11,044 nt of DNA from an uncultured Micavibrio sp. Lineage in GTDB: Bacteria; Pseudomonadota; Alphaproteobacteria; Micavibrionales; Micavibrionaceae. The position numbers were made by a program, and so were the translations under genes. The notes below the pieces were generated by a model. The model saw only the letters and a program-made list of their open reading frames with translations. It ran no database searches and was not told the DNA's origin. The stretch lies in the NCBI GenBank assembly GCA_964352115.1, contig CAYGQP010000029.1, forward strand, positions 1-11,044, written 5' to 3'. Within the stretch, counting starts at the first letter, position 1. The number at the start of each line of letters is the position of its first letter. Positions 7,044 through 11,044 of the stretch are shown here, piece after piece.

Positions 7044-7068
7044 TCGTGATTTAATTGATATATCACGA
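7044..7068. promoter_or_regulatory. Inverted repeat TCGTGAT-N11-ATCACGA just upstream of the flotillin start, with a candidate sigma70 promoter (TTGTCA at 7096-7091 and TATAAG at 7075-7070, minus strand) inside the lptB-flotillin intergenic region
   Basis: The 7-bp arms are at 7044-7050 and 7062-7068. This is either a candidate operator or a 5'UTR hairpin. Promoter spacing is about 15 nt, which is suboptimal. Confidence 0.3.
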
Positions 7069-7100
7069 CCTTATATAACGATTTTAATTTTGACAATCTA

Positions 7101-7874
7101 TTAAAGTGAAAATCCTTCGCCCAGATACACGCGGCGCACTTCGTCATGGCCAACAATGTCTTCGGGCGTGCCATCGCACATGACATGGCCATCATGCAAA
7201 ACATAGGCACGGTCAACAATACCGAGCGTGTCGCGCACGTTGTGGTCGGTAATCAAAACGCCAATGCCGCGATTTTTTAGATGGCCAATCAATTCGCGAA
7301 TATCACCAACGGCAATCGGGTCAATCCCGGCCAGTGGTTCATCCAGCAAAATAAATTGCGGACGGGCGGCCAACGCACGTGCGATTTCAACGCGCCGGCG
7401 CTCACCGCCTGACAGCGCGAGCGAAGGCGTACGGCGCAGGTGATCAATGCCGAATTCCGCGAGTAGATCCTCCAGTAAATTCTCCTGATCCTTCTTGCTC
7501 AAATCTTGAGCCTCAATAACGGCTTTCAGGTTATCTTCAACATTCAAACCACGAAAGATCGAGGCTTCTTGGGGCAAATACCCAATACCCATGCGCGCCC
7601 GGCGATACATCGGCAAATTCGTAATGTCCTGACCATCCAGCATAATATAACCGCTATCGGCGTTAATAAGGCCCGTTACGATGTAAAAACATGTTGTCTT
7701 ACCTGCACCGTTTGGACCGAGCAAGGCAACGGCTTCACCCCGCTGGATATTCATCGAAACATCACGCAACACAGGACGTTTTTTGTAGCTCTTGGACAGA
7801 TGCTCAATGGTCAGGCCTTTCGGCACTTCTTTAAGGCGTGGTTTTCGCTTGATCTGTGAAACGGTTTTTTTCAT
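7101..7874 (-). CDS. lptB: LPS export ABC transporter ATP-binding protein LptB (257 aa) with about 20-aa basic N-terminal extension
   Basis: Walker A LLGPNGAGKTT, ABC signature LSGGERRRVEIARAL, Walker B ILLDEP. Positioned between lptA and rpoN, interrupted here by insertions. Confidence 0.9.
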   Translation of the reverse strand: MKKTVSQIKRKPRLKEVPKGLTIEHLSKSYKKRPVLRDVSMNIQRGEAVALLGPNGAGKTTCFYIVTGLINADSGYIMLDGQDITNLPMYRRARMGIGYLPQEASIFRGLNVEDNLKAVIEAQDLSKKDQENLLEDLLAEFGIDHLRRTPSLALSGGERRRVEIARALAARPQFILLDEPLAGIDPIAVGDIRELIGHLKNRGIGVLITDHNVRDTLGIVDRAYVLHDGHVMCDGTPEDIVGHDEVRRVYLGEGFSL

Positions 7875-7892
7875 GGATGATAATGCTTTAAA

Positions 7893-8519
7893 TTAACGTG
7901 TTAAAGCTAACTTTAGGCCAAGCGCAACCATAAGTCCACCACAAACGCGGTCAATCCATTTGGTGAAGCGCAAGAATATGGCTTGTATTCTGGGGTTTGT
8001 AAGCACGAATGCGACAAAGCTATACCAACTCGCCGTTAAGATAACGCAGGTCACAAAATAAATAGCCTGTATGGTAATCGGCATTGATGGTTCAATGACT
8101 TGCGTGAACAGCGCCAGATAAAACATCGTAGCCTTAGGGTTAAACAGGTTTGTAATGAACCCGCTGCGATAGGCGGCCATGTTGCTCATCTGCTTTTTCA
8201 CGCGACCATCCACTGTGTCGCCTGTATGCCCTCTGGACATCAGTGCCTTAATTCCAACGTACAGCAGATAGCCCGCACCAATATATTTGATGATATTAAA
8301 GATCATAATTGATTGCGTGATGATCGCGGCCAAACCAATCAAGCAGTAAAGCACATGGATCCCCGCACCAGTTGCAAATCCAATAGCCGTGAAGATGCCT
8401 GCTCGTCTTGAGTAAACAATAGAGTTCCGCACGGCCATGACGAAATCCGGGCCGGGCGATGCAAGAGCAAAGAACTGCAGAACAACCAGAATGAGCCATT
8501 CATCGAGATATTCAAACAT
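7893..8519 (-). CDS. LysE/RhtB-family amino-acid or metabolite exporter (208 aa), copy 1
   Basis: About six TM helices. N-terminal ...ASPGPDF... and a central FNIIKYIGAGYLLYVGIKAL motif are typical of the LysE/RhtB/YggA family. It is 13 nt downstream of copy 2. Confidence 0.85.
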   Translation of the reverse strand: MFEYLDEWLILVVLQFFALASPGPDFVMAVRNSIVYSRRAGIFTAIGFATGAGIHVLYCLIGLAAIITQSIMIFNIIKYIGAGYLLYVGIKALMSRGHTGDTVDGRVKKQMSNMAAYRSGFITNLFNPKATMFYLALFTQVIEPSMPITIQAIYFVTCVILTASWYSFVAFVLTNPRIQAIFLRFTKWIDRVCGGLMVALGLKLALTR

Positions 8520-8532
8520 GATGAGCGCTCTC

Positions 8533-9171
8533 TTATTTTGTGAAGGCGATTTTTAAACCCAGCATGACCATAAGGCCGCCGCATGTTTTTTCAATCCAGT
8601 GTGATACGCGCTTGAATGCGTCCTGTGCCTTTTGTGTGGTCAGAACAAGCGTCACAATGAAGAACCATCCCGTTTCAATGACCGCTGACGTCAGGGCATA
8701 AAGCGCCATCACCGCCACCGTTGTATCAGGCGATAGGAACTGCGCATAAACGGCTGTAAAAAACACCATGGCTTTGGGGTTCAGTAAATTCGTCAACAAG
8801 CCTGTCTGAAACGCTTTCCAAAGATTGGTCTTATCAGCGACAATGCTGGTTTTGATTGTTTGAGTCGCAACGCATTCCTGAGACTTTTTCGCGCGCAGAG
8901 CTTTGATGCCGATATAAATAAGATAAAGCGCACCAGAATATTTAATGATGTTAAACAAGATGGGTGAGCTGGAAATAATCAAGGCAAACCCGCTTAGCGT
9001 CAGGGCCGCATAAATCGCAACACCTAGTCCAAGGCCCACAGAGGTCATCAACCCCGCGTTGCGATCACCGGAAACCGCATTTTTAATGGTCAGCGCGAAG
9101 GCCGGGCCGGGGGAAATTGTTGCAACGGCCTGCGTGAAGGCTAAAAGCAGCCATTTGATAAAAAATTCCAT
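8533..9171 (-). CDS. LysE/RhtB-family exporter (212 aa from ATG 9169-9171), copy 2, a paralog of 7893-8519. The ORF-track start at 9213 is a TTG start that adds 14 aa.
   Basis: Same family motifs (ISPGPAF...; FNIIKYSGALYLIYIGIKAL). The ATG start is preceded by AAAGGAA. The two copies share conserved blocks, consistent with a tandem duplication. Confidence 0.85.
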   Translation of the reverse strand: MEFFIKWLLLAFTQAVATISPGPAFALTIKNAVSGDRNAGLMTSVGLGLGVAIYAALTLSGFALIISSSPILFNIIKYSGALYLIYIGIKALRAKKSQECVATQTIKTSIVADKTNLWKAFQTGLLTNLLNPKAMVFFTAVYAQFLSPDTTVAVMALYALTSAVIETGWFFIVTLVLTTQKAQDAFKRVSHWIEKTCGGLMVMLGLKIAFTK

Positions 9172-9202
9172 CGGGCATTCCTTTAAAAAAATCTTCGGAG
9201 TT

Positions 9203-9214
9203 TTTGAATTCAAA
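9203..9214. promoter_or_regulatory. Perfect 12-bp palindrome TTTGAATTCAAA, 32 nt upstream of the lysE-pair ATG; a candidate operator
   Basis: Read directly from the sequence. It lies in the 164-bp lptA-lysE intergenic region, which also contains a CTTGAAA -35-like element at 9241-9248 on the minus strand. Confidence 0.35.
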
Positions 9215-9335
9215 TATTAATAAATCACAAACACGTTAACCTTTCAAGCGCCTTCATGGACGTTATGAGCACATGTTTTTGTTAATGAATTGAAAAAGAG
9301 TTAAAATTTACTGGCTCGTCATTCGTCGAAAATGC

Positions 9336-10223
9336 TTATGATCCATCATCTTTACTGTTGGGAAAGAATACGCCGCGCACACGTCCCTTTGTACTGCCGT
9401 CGGCCCCGTACATTTTGCTGATATTGGTGTTTAAATCAATGTCGGCGCGCTCTCCTTGCAGGATATTCTGGCCGCGCTTTCCGGTGACGTTGCCTTTAAT
9501 CTCCGCCATGTTCGTATCCGCGCGGTAAATACCGTAATCCCCGGTCAGCACTTCGGTTGGTGTTGTAATCACAACATTACCTTCGGCTTCCAGTGTATGC
9601 AAAACGCGCTCGCCCGCAGCATTCTCCTTGAGCGTTGCCGTGATCGTATCCGCCTCTAATGTATCTGTCGGCCGGACAATTTTTGCCTGACCAATGGCAA
9701 TTAATTTCCCCTGTGGCACCCAATATTCAAACCGGTCACGCGCCGTAATGGTCTGTTCCGCGGTCACTAGCCTCAGGTTCGATCCCGTCATCACCGCAAG
9801 GCCATTATCAATAGTGTAGGTCGCATCATCACCGTAAGCTTTGCTCTGTTTAGATTGAATGACGGCGTTTGTGTTTGCCGTTACACGGTAAATCTCAAAG
9901 CCTTTTTTCGCGCCATCGCGATAATTGGCGGTCAGGATAGCGGCAGAAACGGACACATCACCCTGAGTGGCCAGAGCATTTTTACGGGCAACGAACAGAT
10001 TATCGTTCCGTCGCCATTCAAGCGTATCATCAGCAGTAATTTCGATGGGCTCATCTTTATTGGTGTTTGATTGTGCATGTGTGCGCGATGACATCATGGA
10101 CATCAAGAAAGTGCTGATGATGCATAGTGAGAATAGAACGAAACACATACGCCTTACGAAAAATAAAATGTGCTGTGTTTCGTATGAGCCTGTACTGCTG
10201 GAACTGCGTGAAATCGGTGTCAT
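9336..10223 (-). CDS. lptA: Periplasmic LPS transport protein LptA (OstA-like), 295 aa from the ATG that overlaps the lptC stop as ATGA. An alternative start at 10146-10148 (MCFVLF...) gives 270 aa.
   Basis: Signal peptide ...RRMCFVLFSLCIISTFLMSMMSSRTHA|QS. Then two OstA-like beta-jellyroll halves (DDTLEW...VSVSAAILTANY...; GNVVITTPTEVLTGDYGIY...GNVTGKRGQNILQGERADIDLNT). Synteny: lptC-lptA. Confidence 0.75.
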   Translation of the reverse strand: MTPISRSSSSTGSYETQHILFFVRRMCFVLFSLCIISTFLMSMMSSRTHAQSNTNKDEPIEITADDTLEWRRNDNLFVARKNALATQGDVSVSAAILTANYRDGAKKGFEIYRVTANTNAVIQSKQSKAYGDDATYTIDNGLAVMTGSNLRLVTAEQTITARDRFEYWVPQGKLIAIGQAKIVRPTDTLEADTITATLKENAAGERVLHTLEAEGNVVITTPTEVLTGDYGIYRADTNMAEIKGNVTGKRGQNILQGERADIDLNTNISKMYGADGSTKGRVRGVFFPNSKDDGS

Positions 10224-10912
10224 GGTTTATCGCTCCCAAGTACGGATGAATTCAGAATTAATTTTGCCGGGCCGGTAAAAACCAAGAGCCCATCGTTGGA
10301 ATTTGCTTGTAAACCTTTTGCATATAGGGTTCCGGCAGGACCCTGCGCATAGACATCCAGATCAGACCACGCTGTGCTTTTGTTCAGATCCAGATGCAGC
10401 TCTTCGGTTTCTAATTGATAGCCCTTGTCATGAAACAGCTTCACTTTCTCGCGCAGTAAAAGGCGTTCGCTATCCTGCCTGTATGCTCCCTTGATCGATT
10501 GAATAGCGACCCAACTGCCGGAATTGAGCATCATATCTGCCAATGGCTCATCCAGAATAATCAGGTTTTCATTATCCTCGCCCTGTAGCGCACGGTTGGC
10601 TGTAATGGTGTAGGGCTGATTTTTTTCATCCTTGCTTTCGAAGCGCGGATTAAGCAGCTCATTCTTTCCAACATTAAGCGGGATCTGAGCACTCTCGATT
10701 AGAGGCGCGATCTGCTCTTCTCTGATATAGCTCCAACTCATAACAATGCCGACAATCACAAGGGCAATTGTTGGCAAAAGCAACCGCATCCAGCGGATGA
10801 AACGTGAATAATTCAGGTTAAGCTGGCTGCGATCATCAGATGTTTGAATGAGCCTGTCCAGCCGCTCTCTGCTGGTTTCTTCTGACGGATCGAGTTTTGG
10901 ATTATCTGTCAT
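10220..10912 (-). CDS. lptC: LPS export system protein LptC (230 aa), N-terminally membrane-anchored
   Basis: Single TM helix (LLLPTIALVIVGIVMSW) after a charged N-tail. Size and position (after kdsD, before lptA, stop overlapping the lptA start) fit LptC. Sequence similarity in this family is inherently weak. Confidence 0.7.
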   Translation of the reverse strand: MTDNPKLDPSEETSRERLDRLIQTSDDRSQLNLNYSRFIRWMRLLLPTIALVIVGIVMSWSYIREEQIAPLIESAQIPLNVGKNELLNPRFESKDEKNQPYTITANRALQGEDNENLIILDEPLADMMLNSGSWVAIQSIKGAYRQDSERLLLREKVKLFHDKGYQLETEELHLDLNKSTAWSDLDVYAQGPAGTLYAKGLQANSNDGLLVFTGPAKLILNSSVLGSDKP

Positions 10913-10921
10913 GGAATTGAC

Positions 10922-11044
10922 CTAGGCTAAACCGGCCTGAAGACAATCCTGAAGACGGATCATACCAAGCGGCGTTTTTGAGCCATCCTCAATAACAATA
11001 AGACTTGTAATGTACTGGCCCTTCGTGCGGGTCATGATGTCCAT
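10922..11044 (-). CDS. kdsD: Arabinose-5-phosphate isomerase (KdsD/KpsF family), C-terminal 40 aa (the CBS-domain end); the CDS continues beyond the window
   Basis: Translation ...MTRTKGQYITSLIVIEDGSKTPLGMIRLQDCLQAGLA* is comparable to the E. coli KdsD C-terminus (...EKHITALMVVEDNHLLGVLHMHDLLRAGVV). It sits 9 nt upstream of lptC. Confidence 0.7.
   Translation of the reverse strand: MDIMTRTKGQYITSLIVIEDGSKTPLGMIRLQDCLQAGLA

Noticed and set aside
7506-7859. 117-aa plus-strand ORF and 7228-7443
   Set aside because: They are antisense to lptB and spurious.
8100-8584. ORFs 8100-8312 (+), 8296-8499 (-) and 8339-8584 (-)
   Set aside because: They are antisense or alternate-frame ORFs inside the LysE exporter genes.
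9456-10494. ORFs 9456-9659, 9855-10070, 9967-10278 (+), 10057-10239 (-) and 10303-10494 (+)
   Set aside because: They are antisense or alternate frames within lptA/lptC and are spurious.
1-11044. Searched for CRISPR repeats, transposase/integrase ORFs, tRNA-like cloverleaf regions, and toxin-antitoxin-sized gene pairs
   Set aside because: None found. The only repeats are the short ones reported. The LysE and flotillin insertions lack flanking direct repeats or mobility genes, so they are not called mobile elements.

Overview
This window looks like alphaproteobacterial chromosome, roughly mid-40s %GC, carrying the conserved LPS-transport and sigma-54 neighbourhood entirely on the minus strand. 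Read 5' to 3' on that strand the order is: kdsD (3' end) - lptC - lptA - [two tandem LysE/RhtB-family exporters] - lptB - [flotillin-like SPFH protein] - rpoN - hpf - (strong hairpin terminator) - ptsN. The LysE pair and the flotillin gene are inserted into what is normally a contiguous lptCAB-rpoN block. At the left end: the 3' end of cysS (+); a convergent two-gene minus-strand operon of uncharacterised proteins (a small possibly ParB/Srx-like protein plus a signal-anchored, TadE/G-like, Asn/Thr-rich protein); a small zf-CHCC zinc-ribbon ORF missed by the ORF track (+); and an hsp20-DUF1150 heat-shock operon (+) preceded by a sigma70-like promoter and a short ROSE-like RNA-thermometer candidate that masks the Shine-Dalgarno. 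No tRNA/rRNA genes, CRISPR arrays, transposases or integrases were recognised. All ORFs on the strand opposite the large genes look like antisense artefacts. The best candidates for something undescribed are the uncharacterised two-gene operon at 229-1351 and the accessory insertions (LysE pair with a palindromic operator candidate; a partner-less flotillin) inside the essential lpt-rpoN cluster.
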